Source: Candidatus Woesearchaeota archaeon (GTDB taxonomy: Archaea > Nanobdellota > Nanobdellia > Woesearchaeales > GW2011-AR4). Taken from it: a DNA stretch of 64,000 bases. The DNA lies in contig JACPJQ010000005.1 in NCBI GenBank assembly GCA_016187465.1, positions 163,183 through 227,182 of the forward strand, in the 5' to 3' direction. A model generated the notes under the pieces. It was not told where the DNA came from. It made no database searches and saw only the letters and a list, made by a program, of their open reading frames with translations. Made by a program: the position numbers and the translations under genes. Shown here one piece after another: positions 19,059-28,144 of this stretch (the stretch's first letter is position 1; each line of letters starts with the position of its first letter).

Positions 19059-20510
19059 ATGGGGGCGACTAATTCAAGATTTTTTTTTGTTTTGCTGTCA
19101 GTAGGAGCGGCAATCGGCCTCGGCAGCATATGGCTTTACCCTTTTTTTTCGTTTAAGATTACGGGCTTGTTTTTCATTCCTTATTCCATAGCTTTGGTAT
19201 TGCTGGGAATGCCTTTGCTAATGCTTGAATTTTCAATAGGGAGATACTTCAACAAAAATGTTGTGGATTTGTTTGCCTCGATAAGAAAATGGTTCAGCGG
19301 CATTGGATGGCTTATGATTTTTAATGTCTTTATTGTAATGAGCTTCTATGCTGTTGTGCTTTCATGGCATATAATATATTTTTTTGTCTCATTCGGGCTG
19401 CAGTGGAAAAATGGCGCTGAAGCGTACTTCTTCAACAATGTGCTGCAAGCATCTGAAGGATTTAAAGGATTCCTGCAATTTTCACTGCCGGTTTTTATTG
19501 CGCTGATGATGGCATGGATTGGCATATTCTTCTTCATTAGAAAAGGGTATGGAAGCATTAAAAAGGCGTTTTTGGCAACAATCCCTATATTCGCTTTTTT
19601 AGTTATTTTATTTTTTGTGTATTCCTTAACTCTGGACAACGCCTTATTTGGCGTTTATTCTTTCTTAAAGCCAAGATTTAATCAGCTGCTTAAGTTAGAC
19701 ATATGGTTTGATTCATTCTCTCTTGCAGTGCTTTATTTAGGATTGTCTTTCGGGATTATGCATGCTTTGGGGGGGAAGAGCGAAGGAAATTTCATAGTCG
19801 GAAATTCACTGATTGTTGTAATTTTAAAAGTTTTGGTTAGCATTGCATTCAGCTTTATTTTATTCGGGATACTTGGATTTTTAAGCATGGAGAAAGGTAT
19901 TGATTTGGACAAGCTTGTTTTTTCTGATTTTGGCTCTGAATTCACAATTTTGGCGCAGGCATTTCCTTTATTTTACAGGCCGGCATTGCTCAGTCTTCTG
20001 TTTTTCATATTTTTATCGCTTTTCTTTTTGCTGGGAGCCGCATCTTTGGCTAGTTCCATGTCGCATGTAATTGTCCATAAATTCAAAACAAAGCATGTAA
20101 ATGCAGCGATTATAGTAACTGGCTTTGGGTTTTTATTTGGGCTTCTGTTCATAATAAAGCCAGGTTATTACATAATGGACATTGTGAGCCACTTTGTTTA
20201 TTATAATATCGTTCTTTGTATTTTGCTTGAGGTGATTGCTGTCGGCTGGTTTTTTGAAATTGAGAGAATAGCTGAATATATCAACCAGTACTCTATATTA
20301 AAGATAGGAGGTATATGGGCATTTATTGTTAAATACTTCGCGCCGTTAATTTTATTTGCGCTGCTGTTTTTGCAGATAAAGAGTGACTTTGCAGCCCCGT
20401 ATAAAGGCTATCCATTATGGGCCTTGCTTGTTTTCGGAGTTGGCACTGTTGTTGTTCCGCTTATTGTTGCATTTCTAATGCCGCAAAAGATTCTTGACAG
20501 AAAAAAGTAA
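19059..20510 (+). CDS. Sodium:neurotransmitter symporter (SNF/NSS) family transporter
   Basis: GAAIGLGSIWLYP and LLMLEFSIG motifs; about 12 TM segments. Confidence 0.88.
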   Translation: MGATNSRFFFVLLSVGAAIGLGSIWLYPFFSFKITGLFFIPYSIALVLLGMPLLMLEFSIGRYFNKNVVDLFASIRKWFSGIGWLMIFNVFIVMSFYAVVLSWHIIYFFVSFGLQWKNGAEAYFFNNVLQASEGFKGFLQFSLPVFIALMMAWIGIFFFIRKGYGSIKKAFLATIPIFAFLVILFFVYSLTLDNALFGVYSFLKPRFNQLLKLDIWFDSFSLAVLYLGLSFGIMHALGGKSEGNFIVGNSLIVVILKVLVSIAFSFILFGILGFLSMEKGIDLDKLVFSDFGSEFTILAQAFPLFYRPALLSLLFFIFLSLFFLLGAASLASSMSHVIVHKFKTKHVNAAIIVTGFGFLFGLLFIIKPGYYIMDIVSHFVYYNIVLCILLEVIAVGWFFEIERIAEYINQYSILKIGGIWAFIVKYFAPLILFALLFLQIKSDFAAPYKGYPLWALLVFGVGTVVVPLIVAFLMPQKILDRKK

Positions 20511-20548
20511 CCAAAACCTTTTTATTCGGGTTTTTAATACCCCAATAC

Positions 20549-21472
20549 ATGGTTGACTGGTTTTCAATTGGTCTCATAGTTATAGGTCTTGCCCTATTTG
20601 AAGTGATAATAAGCATAGACAATGCAATTATTAATGCCGAAGTCCTCGGCACAATGTCCAAAAAAGCAAGAAGATGGTTTCTGCTGTGGGGCATTTTAAT
20701 TGCAGTTTTCTTGGTTAGGGGGCTATTGCCTTGGACGATTTTATGGATAAGCAATCCATCGCTTGGATTTTTAGGCTCCTTCACGGCTTCTTTCAGCTCC
20801 GACCCAAATGTCGCAAAGGTTATAGAGGAGTCTGCACCCACATTGTTGATTGGAGGCGGCACATTTCTCATATTCCTGTTCTTTCACTGGCTTTTTTTGG
20901 AGCCAAAGCACTACGGGCTGATTGGGGAAAAGTTTATTGAGAGGCAGGGAGTCTGGTTCTTTGCAGTTGTTTCTGTTTTGCTTGTTGCGATTGTATGGTT
21001 CTCAATCAAAATAAATCCATTAATGGCATTGGGCGCAGTGATAGGCTCAAGCGCATTTTTTATCACGCATGGGTTCAAGGAAAATGCTGAGCAGGCTGAA
21101 AAGAGAATGCTTGAAGGCAGCACTCACATGTCCGATATCAGCAAAATATTTTATCTTGAGGTCATTGACACCACATTTTCTATTGACGGTATTTTGGGGG
21201 CATTTGCGTTTACTTTTGTCCTGCCCATAATATTGGTGGGGAATGGCATAGGGGCAATTGTCGTAAGGCAGCTCACAGTAATGAACATTGAAAATGTCAA
21301 AAAATACAAGTACTTGAAGAATGGCGCAATGTATTCCATATTTGCATTAGGCATAGTGATGACGGGCCATAGCTTTGGAATGCACATACCGGAATGGCTT
21401 TCTCCTGTTGTGACTTTCATGATAATAGGGTTTTTCTTCTGGAAGTCATACAAAGATCTCAAAAAACAATAA
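20549..21472 (+). CDS. DUF475 / TerC-like membrane protein
   Basis: SIDNAIINA, YLEVIDTTFSIDG and YLKNGAMYSI motifs. Confidence 0.85.
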   Translation: MVDWFSIGLIVIGLALFEVIISIDNAIINAEVLGTMSKKARRWFLLWGILIAVFLVRGLLPWTILWISNPSLGFLGSFTASFSSDPNVAKVIEESAPTLLIGGGTFLIFLFFHWLFLEPKHYGLIGEKFIERQGVWFFAVVSVLLVAIVWFSIKINPLMALGAVIGSSAFFITHGFKENAEQAEKRMLEGSTHMSDISKIFYLEVIDTTFSIDGILGAFAFTFVLPIILVGNGIGAIVVRQLTVMNIENVKKYKYLKNGAMYSIFALGIVMTGHSFGMHIPEWLSPVVTFMIIGFFFWKSYKDLKKQ

Positions 21473-21704
21473 AATTAAAAAGAAATTAGCCAAATCTCAA
21501 TAAAAAGGTTAATCAGATTAACATACATTCAATACGGTCAAACATTAATAAAAATTCAATAACGAAAAATCCATTCACGATTAAATTAAAAAAAGATGAA
21601 TAAATAGGCGAGGCGGAGAGGCTGTTAGCAAAATGCAGAAAGAAGTAATATAGGCTGCCTTTGCCGCCGAACACAAGAATATGCGAGCAAAGCGAGTGGA
21701 TTGA

Positions 21705-21944
21705 AAAATTGAAAATAAAATAATAAAGCGAGAAGGAATTAAAACCAAATTAATTGAAGGAGAATTATGCATCGGCTTAGCAGCTACAGCTAAATTTATA
21801 GAGGTTTCCAGAATGACCGCTTCTAGATTGTATAAAAGAGGGATTTATGAAAGATGTTATATAGACCCAATGAATGACCGTTTATACATACCCATAGAAG
21901 TTGTCGAAAAGCTAAGACCAGACAATAGAATGGTGAAAATTTAA
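21705..21944 (+). pseudogene. Excisionase/HTH_17-like open frame with no canonical start at its 5' end
   Basis: 79 open codons: ...IGLAATAKFIEVSRMTASRLYKRGI...RLYIPIEVVEKL; bounded by TGA at 21702. Confidence 0.45.
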
Positions 21945-21953
21945 AGTTATAAA

Positions 21954-23492
21954 ATGGAAAAACCAAAATTAACAATTGATGAGATGGCTGTTTTCTGCAA
22001 GAGGAAGGGGTTTGTTTACCCAAGCGGCGAGATATACGGCGGAATATCTGGATTCTATGATTTTGGCCATCTGGGAGTTGAGCTGAAGAATAACATAAAG
22101 AAGGAGTGGTGGAACACGTTTGTCCAGCAAAGGGATGATATTGTCGGCATAGACGGCAGCATAATCACCCATCCGATGGTATGGGAAGCATCCGGTCATG
22201 TGGACGGCTTCACAGATGTTATTGTTGACTGCAGGAAATGCGGCTCAAGGTTCAGGGGCGACCAGCTGATTGAAGACAAGCACAAGGTTTCCACAGCAGG
22301 CATTTCATTGGAGGATATAAAAAGCAGCTTGAAAAAAGACAAGATAAAATGCCAGAAGTGCGGCTCTGAGCTTGGAGATCCAAAAAACTTTAATCTGATG
22401 TTCGCAATAAATATAGGCCCGGTACAGACATCAAGCTCTGTGGCATTTCTAAGGCCTGAGACAGCGCAGCTTATCTTCTCGAATTTCCGCCTTGTGCAGG
22501 AAAATGCAAGGCTCAAGCTGCCTTTCGGCATTGCCCAAATCGGAAAATCTTTCAGGAATGAGATTTCTCCCAGGGATTTCCTGTTCAGGATGAGGGAATT
22601 CGAGCAGATGGAGATAGAATATTTTGTTCATCCTGAAAAGCAGTCAGAATGCAGCTTTGTTGATGAAGTGCTGGATTATGAAATGAATGTTTATTCTGCA
22701 GACATGCAAAAAAACAACAAGAAGATGGAAAGAATGATGATAAAAGACTGCCTCAGCAAAAAAATCATAAAAACAAGATGGCATGCCTACTGGCTTGCGG
22801 TGATGCACAAATGGTTTGTAGAGCTTGGTGCTGATCCAAGTCATTTCAGGATAAGGCAGCATGTAAAAGATGAGTTAAGCCATTATGCCCTTGACACGTG
22901 GGATCTGGAATATGAGTTTCCATTTGGATGGAAAGAGCTGCAAGGCCTTTCAAACAGGACAGATTTTGACTTGAAGCAGCACATGGAGCACTCAAAAAGC
23001 GACTTGAGCATTTTTGACGAGGAAACAAAGAAAAAAATTCTGCCTCATGTCATCTGCGAGCCGTCTCAGGGCGTTGAAAGGGCTTTTTTGGTTTTTATGT
23101 TTGACGCTTACCACTATGACAAGTCAAGGGAAAATGTTGTTTTGAAACTTCATCCGAAGCTTGCTCCCATCAAGCTTGGTGTTTTTCCCTTGGTGTCAAA
23201 CAAAGCAGACATTGTGGCAAAAGCAAGAAATGTTTACAATGATTTAAGAAGAGAATGGACATGCACATTTGACATTTCAGGCTCAATCGGAAGAAGATAT
23301 GCAAGAGGGGACGAAACTGGAATATACGCATGCATTACGATTGACTTTGAAACCTTGGATGATGAAAGCGTCACAGTCCGCTCAAGGGACACCACAGAGC
23401 AGGTAAGGGTCAAGATAAAGGATTTAAAGGAAGTTCTCAGGAAGTTCATGGAAGGCGAGAAATTGGGAAAGCTTGGAAAGAGTGTGGAATAA
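21954..23492 (+). CDS. glyS: Glycine--tRNA ligase (alpha2, archaeal/eukaryote type)
   Basis: LRPETAQ, GKSFRNEISPR, REFEQMEIEYF; anticodon domain GSIGRRY. Confidence 0.97.
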   Translation: MEKPKLTIDEMAVFCKRKGFVYPSGEIYGGISGFYDFGHLGVELKNNIKKEWWNTFVQQRDDIVGIDGSIITHPMVWEASGHVDGFTDVIVDCRKCGSRFRGDQLIEDKHKVSTAGISLEDIKSSLKKDKIKCQKCGSELGDPKNFNLMFAINIGPVQTSSSVAFLRPETAQLIFSNFRLVQENARLKLPFGIAQIGKSFRNEISPRDFLFRMREFEQMEIEYFVHPEKQSECSFVDEVLDYEMNVYSADMQKNNKKMERMMIKDCLSKKIIKTRWHAYWLAVMHKWFVELGADPSHFRIRQHVKDELSHYALDTWDLEYEFPFGWKELQGLSNRTDFDLKQHMEHSKSDLSIFDEETKKKILPHVICEPSQGVERAFLVFMFDAYHYDKSRENVVLKLHPKLAPIKLGVFPLVSNKADIVAKARNVYNDLRREWTCTFDISGSIGRRYARGDETGIYACITIDFETLDDESVTVRSRDTTEQVRVKIKDLKEVLRKFMEGEKLGKLGKSVE

Positions 23493-23499
23493 GGCTGAT

Positions 23500-24132
23500 T
23501 TACATTATTTTAGCAGAAGCATCGCCTTTAAAATCAAGCGCGGAGTCATTTGCTACTAATGCCTGTAATGAAGCTGGTGCTAATGGTTCTTTTGAATTTA
23601 TAAGGCTTAGTATACTTTCTTTAGCATTTTCGTGGGATTTCTTAACAGACTGTTCTACCGTATTGCCTTTAAGCAACGATTTTACTATTATATTGGAACA
23701 TTCCATTATTGGTCTGGCTATTTTATCTTTTAAAGGCGTTGCCTCATATTTGTGGTCTCTTGCAATCCAAAATGGATTTTTGTATCCGATAAAAGAATAG
23801 CCCCCATTTTCTATGGCTGCAGGCCCCAGCTTAACCAAGCAGTTGCATGCAATAGCATAGGTTACAATTTCCTTGAATACATCAGCAGAATCTACGTTTA
23901 TGAATTCTTGCTCCTGATTATTGAAAAGGGAAGTATCACTTCCATGGCCATTAAAAAATATAAAACTAGGCTTCTTGTTTTTTATCCTGCTTCTTAAATT
24001 AGTTTCAGAAACATTAATTCCTTCAATTCTTGCTACTTTAAAACCTTTATTTTCAGCTTCTTTAATCAATTCTTCGCTGAAAGCAAAAAGATAAGAAGTT
24101 GCAATATCGTGATTAGTTCTTATTACTATCAT
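23500..24132 (-). CDS. Caspase-hemoglobinase-fold (clan CD) peptidase-like protein
   Basis: FIFFNGHG and VTYAIAC His/Cys dyad motifs, followed by FIGY as in C25/CHAT-like peptidases. Confidence 0.65.
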   Translation of the reverse strand: MIVIRTNHDIATSYLFAFSEELIKEAENKGFKVARIEGINVSETNLRSRIKNKKPSFIFFNGHGSDTSLFNNQEQEFINVDSADVFKEIVTYAIACNCLVKLGPAAIENGGYSFIGYKNPFWIARDHKYEATPLKDKIARPIMECSNIIVKSLLKGNTVEQSVKKSHENAKESILSLINSKEPLAPASLQALVANDSALDFKGDASAKIM

Positions 24133-24134
24133 TT

Positions 24135-24347
24135 TTATTGAGTATTCAAAATCCCAGGCATTTTTCTGATAAATGCAAGCTGCATGTCAATTGTAGCCTT
24201 TCCTATTTCAGTGCCCTGCTCCACCTGCTCTATCAGTTCATTTCTGGTGTAATCCCCAAAATTGCCCACAGAAAAGCTTATATCAGGGGGCATAGCCAAA
24301 AGCCTTGCTTTTACCAGATTTTTTAGATAATTTACGTCTATTTCCAT
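24135..24347 (-). CDS. Small hypothetical protein (cassette partner B)
   Basis: 70 aa; SD GGTG; 2-nt gap to the protease gene. Confidence 0.75.
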   Translation of the reverse strand: MEIDVNYLKNLVKARLLAMPPDISFSVGNFGDYTRNELIEQVEQGTEIGKATIDMQLAFIRKMPGILNTQ

Positions 24348-24357
24348 TTATGAACAC

Positions 24358-24558
24358 CTACAATAGACTTATTTGTTTTAGATGTGTTAATATAACTTGT
24401 GATTTGGGCGTATTACTCATGATTTCACTATATGCTGCGCTCCATGAAACCGGCTGACTGTCAACTAAAGCGATTATCTCATTTCTTAAGGGTAAAGGTA
24501 CGCTTGCGAACAATTGTAAGAATTTTGCCTTTAAAACCTCGTATTCCTCTTTGTCCAT
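24358..24558 (-). CDS. Small hypothetical protein (cassette partner A)
   Basis: 66 aa; SD GGAGG; TATA upstream; first gene of the three-gene operon. Confidence 0.75.
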   Translation of the reverse strand: MDKEEYEVLKAKFLQLFASVPLPLRNEIIALVDSQPVSWSAAYSEIMSNTPKSQVILTHLKQISLL

Positions 24559-24645
24559 TAATTAAGCCTCCAAAAGATATATGGTTAGGGTATATTTAAA
24601 GTTTTTGATGAATTATTTTTCTATATTGTAAATAATAACTAAATT

Positions 24646-25014
24646 TCATTTTTTTGTTTGCGCATTCTCTTTTTCAATATCTTTTATAGTTTTTAGAGCT
24701 ATTTGAATTCCTGCTAGAAAAGAAATTTCAGCTAATTCTTTTCTTGACATTTCTTTAAATTCTTCTTTTTGATCCTTCCATAATTTTGGAAATATTTCCT
24801 CCATAGCATAGCTCATGACCATATCCGGCATCGCCTGCATGGCTTTTTCTGTCGGAATGGCAACATGGATTTTTTCAATTTCCTCATCAGAAACTTCTTC
24901 CTTCAAACCCAAAAAGCAGTCATAACAAGCGTGCTTTTGCGCTACCATATCTACTGGGCATGGTATTTCCTTACCACAAAAATTACAATTGACCTTAACT
25001 TCGTTTGACTCCAT
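24646..25014 (-). CDS. Hypothetical protein with N-terminal zinc-binding CxxC...CxxC
   Basis: CNFC...HACYDC. Confidence 0.7.
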   Translation of the reverse strand: MESNEVKVNCNFCGKEIPCPVDMVAQKHACYDCFLGLKEEVSDEEIEKIHVAIPTEKAMQAMPDMVMSYAMEEIFPKLWKDQKEEFKEMSRKELAEISFLAGIQIALKTIKDIEKENAQTKK

Positions 25015-25023
25015 TTTAATACA

Positions 25024-25140
25024 TTATCTCAAGCTCTCTTCAATTATCTTCTTTTCTTCTTCAGTTATTCCGTACAATTGATAGACTAATTCATCAATTT
25101 CATTGTCTGTTTTTTGGATTTTGTTTGATTTTTCTGCAAT
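25024..25140 (-). pseudogene. C-terminal remnant of a type IIG/Eco57I-like restriction-modification enzyme
   Basis: IQKTDNEIDELVYQLYGITEEEKKIIEESLR*, the typical tail of these enzymes; no start codon and the rest of the gene is absent. Confidence 0.7.
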
Positions 25141-25171
25141 TACCTAATTAATTTTGGTTCTTAAATATAAG

Positions 25172-27064
25172 TTAATTATAATCTCTTGTGTGAAATTTGT
25201 TCAATCTTTCCTGTATATATCTGCTCAAATTTTTATCACAACAATAAACATAACATCCTTTTTGGCCCCTAGTCATTAAAGTCCTATAAGTATTTTTTAT
25301 AATTTCATCTGCAATCTTATTTGCTTTATCTGGGTTTTCTTTTGCTATTCTTTTAATCCCTTTTAGTGATTGGTCTGTTTTTGCACGTTTAGTATAATCT
25401 GTAATGATTTTGCCTTGTTCATATCTCATATCCTCACCAAAGATTACTCCAACATATTCAAACTCAAGACCTTGACAGGTATGAATACAACCTACTTCTT
25501 TGATAGATCTGGGGTCAATGGCCCAAGTAAGAGTATTTGCAAGATTCCAGCTAGCCTTGAAGTTTGTCCCTGGAATAGAAATATCGAACATATCAGGCCT
25601 ATTTTTACTCTCGCCTATCCAATTCCAGCAATATCCTGCAACTAATCGAGACTTATTGTTAGTCTTGTTTTTATCTTCAATAAATTTTCTTAATTCTTCT
25701 GGATCATCAATGACTCGGACATCATAGCGCATATCAAATCCATCAAAGTTTGCGGTTTCTCTTATTCCTAGCACGTCATCAAGCCATGCGAGATACCCAT
25801 CAGATCCGTTGCATCTGAATTGGGATTCTATTTTGACTACATCGACTTCTGCATGCTCATTTTTTACAAATTTTTGAATTTCTTCCACTCTCCCTATATC
25901 ATGGATATCTACTCTTTGGTTTTCATCAATGAAGAATATTGACGCCTTGGCAGCATGAATTATTTCTTTAATTTGATTCTCCCCCTTATTCTTAAACATC
26001 CCTGATTTCTCGTTCAATCTATGGGCCTCATCAGCTATTAATGCACCGAATTCGTTGTTTTTGGAATTAACATAACTTCCTGAACCTTTAAAGAGGTTAT
26101 CAATTCTTGTTTTTTTGAGGTTCCCACTTAATTTGAAGGAGTATACATTTCTTGGAGTTGAGTTTTTTGTAACATACTGGCAAACTAAGTCTTCATTGGT
26201 TAATTGTACTAGAAGATTCATCGCAATTACTGTCTTTCCAGTTCCAGGCCCACCTTCAACAATCAAAACTCTCTTCTTCCCGTCACTGTGTGATTTTCTT
26301 GCGATGCTTAATGCCTTCTCGTATACAACCTTCTGATCATCTATTAATGTGAACTCAGGATTCCCGTTTAACATATTGGACAAGGAATCCTGGAGAGATT
26401 TTGAGGGTTTTATCTTTCCATTTTCGATAATGTAGAGGGTCTCTTTGTTATCTCCATACTTGACGTATCTTTTAATAAAGTCCCTTAATTTTGATATATC
26501 TCCTTTCATGAATATTGGGGCTTTTGAAACATAATACTGATAGCTGCTGTCAACGAGGGGTTCTGGATTTTTTCTTTCGTAGTTGTGTAAGTATGCGCAA
26601 GGGTACAATTCTATCTTTTTGATCTGAACTGATTCATTGTAGTCCTCTATTAAAGAAGAATAACTCCATGCTTGGTAGGAGGGGTGGTTTGTTTGTACCT
26701 GGCGGCCCTGCATCATAGTTTTAACTTGAGCTTCCTGCCCCTCTACTTTCTGAACTTCCTGCCACTGCTTTAGTTCAATGATGATGAGAACATTCTTTTG
26801 GAATTTATCTTTCCCGGAAAGGAGGAAATCAATTTTGCAAGTGGTATAGGGAATCTTAAACTCAATAGAAACTCCAGATGTTTGTGGAATACTGATGTCA
26901 TTCAAGGCTATATACATAAAACTCATTGAATTGTTCCATGACCTTTTCATTGACTCATGAGGACGACCAATAAGAGCAAGGTATTTTTCCTCTATCTTTT
27001 TGTTGATATCACCTGCTTCAACATCATTCAAAAAATCCTGCTTGGTGGACTCATAGATTATCAT
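25172..27064 (-). CDS. DUF2075-family SF1 helicase-like NTPase with N-terminal nuclease-like domain
   Basis: GGPGTGKT, DEAH, QFRCNGS, GCIHTCQGLE, YRTLMTRG; N-terminal IEF...ID...IIELKQW. Confidence 0.88.
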   Translation of the reverse strand: MIIYESTKQDFLNDVEAGDINKKIEEKYLALIGRPHESMKRSWNNSMSFMYIALNDISIPQTSGVSIEFKIPYTTCKIDFLLSGKDKFQKNVLIIIELKQWQEVQKVEGQEAQVKTMMQGRQVQTNHPSYQAWSYSSLIEDYNESVQIKKIELYPCAYLHNYERKNPEPLVDSSYQYYVSKAPIFMKGDISKLRDFIKRYVKYGDNKETLYIIENGKIKPSKSLQDSLSNMLNGNPEFTLIDDQKVVYEKALSIARKSHSDGKKRVLIVEGGPGTGKTVIAMNLLVQLTNEDLVCQYVTKNSTPRNVYSFKLSGNLKKTRIDNLFKGSGSYVNSKNNEFGALIADEAHRLNEKSGMFKNKGENQIKEIIHAAKASIFFIDENQRVDIHDIGRVEEIQKFVKNEHAEVDVVKIESQFRCNGSDGYLAWLDDVLGIRETANFDGFDMRYDVRVIDDPEELRKFIEDKNKTNNKSRLVAGYCWNWIGESKNRPDMFDISIPGTNFKASWNLANTLTWAIDPRSIKEVGCIHTCQGLEFEYVGVIFGEDMRYEQGKIITDYTKRAKTDQSLKGIKRIAKENPDKANKIADEIIKNTYRTLMTRGQKGCYVYCCDKNLSRYIQERLNKFHTRDYN

Positions 27065-27417
27065 AATTCACCATATTTCTTATTGGATCCTTTGGATTTC
27101 TCAATAGGGTACTTTTCGGTGTTTTTCTTTAGTTTCTTATCTAATTCCTCACTTAAGTCAATATCATATTTTTGAGCAAGTCTTAAAACAAAATAAAATA
27201 TATCACTTAACTCTTCGGAAATTCCATCTTTATTTGTTCTGATTATACTTTCAGATTCTTCATTAGATTTAAACCTGAAATGTTCCAATAATTCAGAAGA
27301 TTCAGTAATAATCCCTATTGCCAAATCTTTTGGATTATGAAAGTTATCCCAATCTCTATCTTCACAGAATTTCTTAACTTTATTTTTCAAATTGTCTATT
27401 GTGGTTTTTGAGTCCAT
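27061..27417 (-). CDS. MazG-like nucleotide pyrophosphohydrolase
   Basis: RDWDNFHNPKDLA, ESSELLE, EELSDI, KYP motifs. Confidence 0.92.
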   Translation of the reverse strand: MDSKTTIDNLKNKVKKFCEDRDWDNFHNPKDLAIGIITESSELLEHFRFKSNEESESIIRTNKDGISEELSDIFYFVLRLAQKYDIDLSEELDKKLKKNTEKYPIEKSKGSNKKYGEL

Positions 27418-27595
27418 CTATGGTAATTTATTGATGTTTCTTAATAAATTTTACTTGATTTTCAGACTTATGATCCAATTCTTCTTTGGTATAACTAGAG
27501 AATTCTTTAACTAATTTAGATATATCTTCTTTAGACTTTCCCCCATCCATAGCCAGAAGTCAAGCATAACCCTATAAAAACATTTCTTATTGAGT

Positions 27596-27778
27596 TTAAC
27601 CAGCATCAGAATTTGGCAATTTTCCTTTAAATCTTTTTTGCTCTTGATAATAATGTTTTCTGCATAAATAGATCCAACCACGATTCTTATATTTTCCTCC
27701 TAAAAGGCTTGGGAAAACTTCCCTGTAAGCCTTGTTTTTACAAGTGCCATTGTAATCACATTTGGGAATTTTCATCAT
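27596..27778 (-). CDS. Small putative zinc-finger protein
   Basis: CDYNGTC...YLCRKH. Confidence 0.55.
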   Translation of the reverse strand: MMKIPKCDYNGTCKNKAYREVFPSLLGGKYKNRGWIYLCRKHYYQEQKRFKGKLPNSDAG

Positions 27779-27936
27779 TTTTGTTTGCAGTTATTTTATA
27801 TTTAAAACTTACTGACCACTGGACATCCTTGGCTAAAATATTTAAACCTCAAAAAACTGCCAAAAGCGAAAAGTGGGGGCTATATAGCAAAAACGCAAAA
27901 ACAAAATCTTTAAATATAAGGGGTGCTTGAAAAACC

Positions 27937-27982
27937 TACTACATGTAGTATATCGACGCTACCTTACCCACTACATATTGTG
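27937..27982. promoter_or_regulatory. Tandem NrdR-box-like operators upstream of nrdJ
   Basis: TACTACATGTAGTA (27937-27950) and CACTACATATTGTG (27969-27982), 32 bp apart; both match the consensus caCwAtATaTwGtg. Confidence 0.75.
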
Positions 27983-28144
27983 TTTTCGTTCCAGTAGTAA
28001 AAAGCGCGAAAATCATCAGTTTAATGTATAAATTGGGAGGCTTCGCGATATGGCAGAAAAGCGAAGCCGAGCACTAAAACTTGCCGAAGGCGTATTGAGA
28101 TATTAATTTAGAGGTAAGAAGTTATAAAATAAAGAGGTTTGAAA

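Noticed and set aside
27427..27562. 44-codon minus-strand frame (LTSGYGWGKSKED...) upstream of MazG
   Set aside because: No recognisable motif; may be a gene fragment but cannot be supported
28039..28068. Hairpin GGCTTCGC/GCGAAGCC in the nrdJ leader as a cobalamin riboswitch
   Set aside because: No B12-box or conserved core visible; only a simple stem
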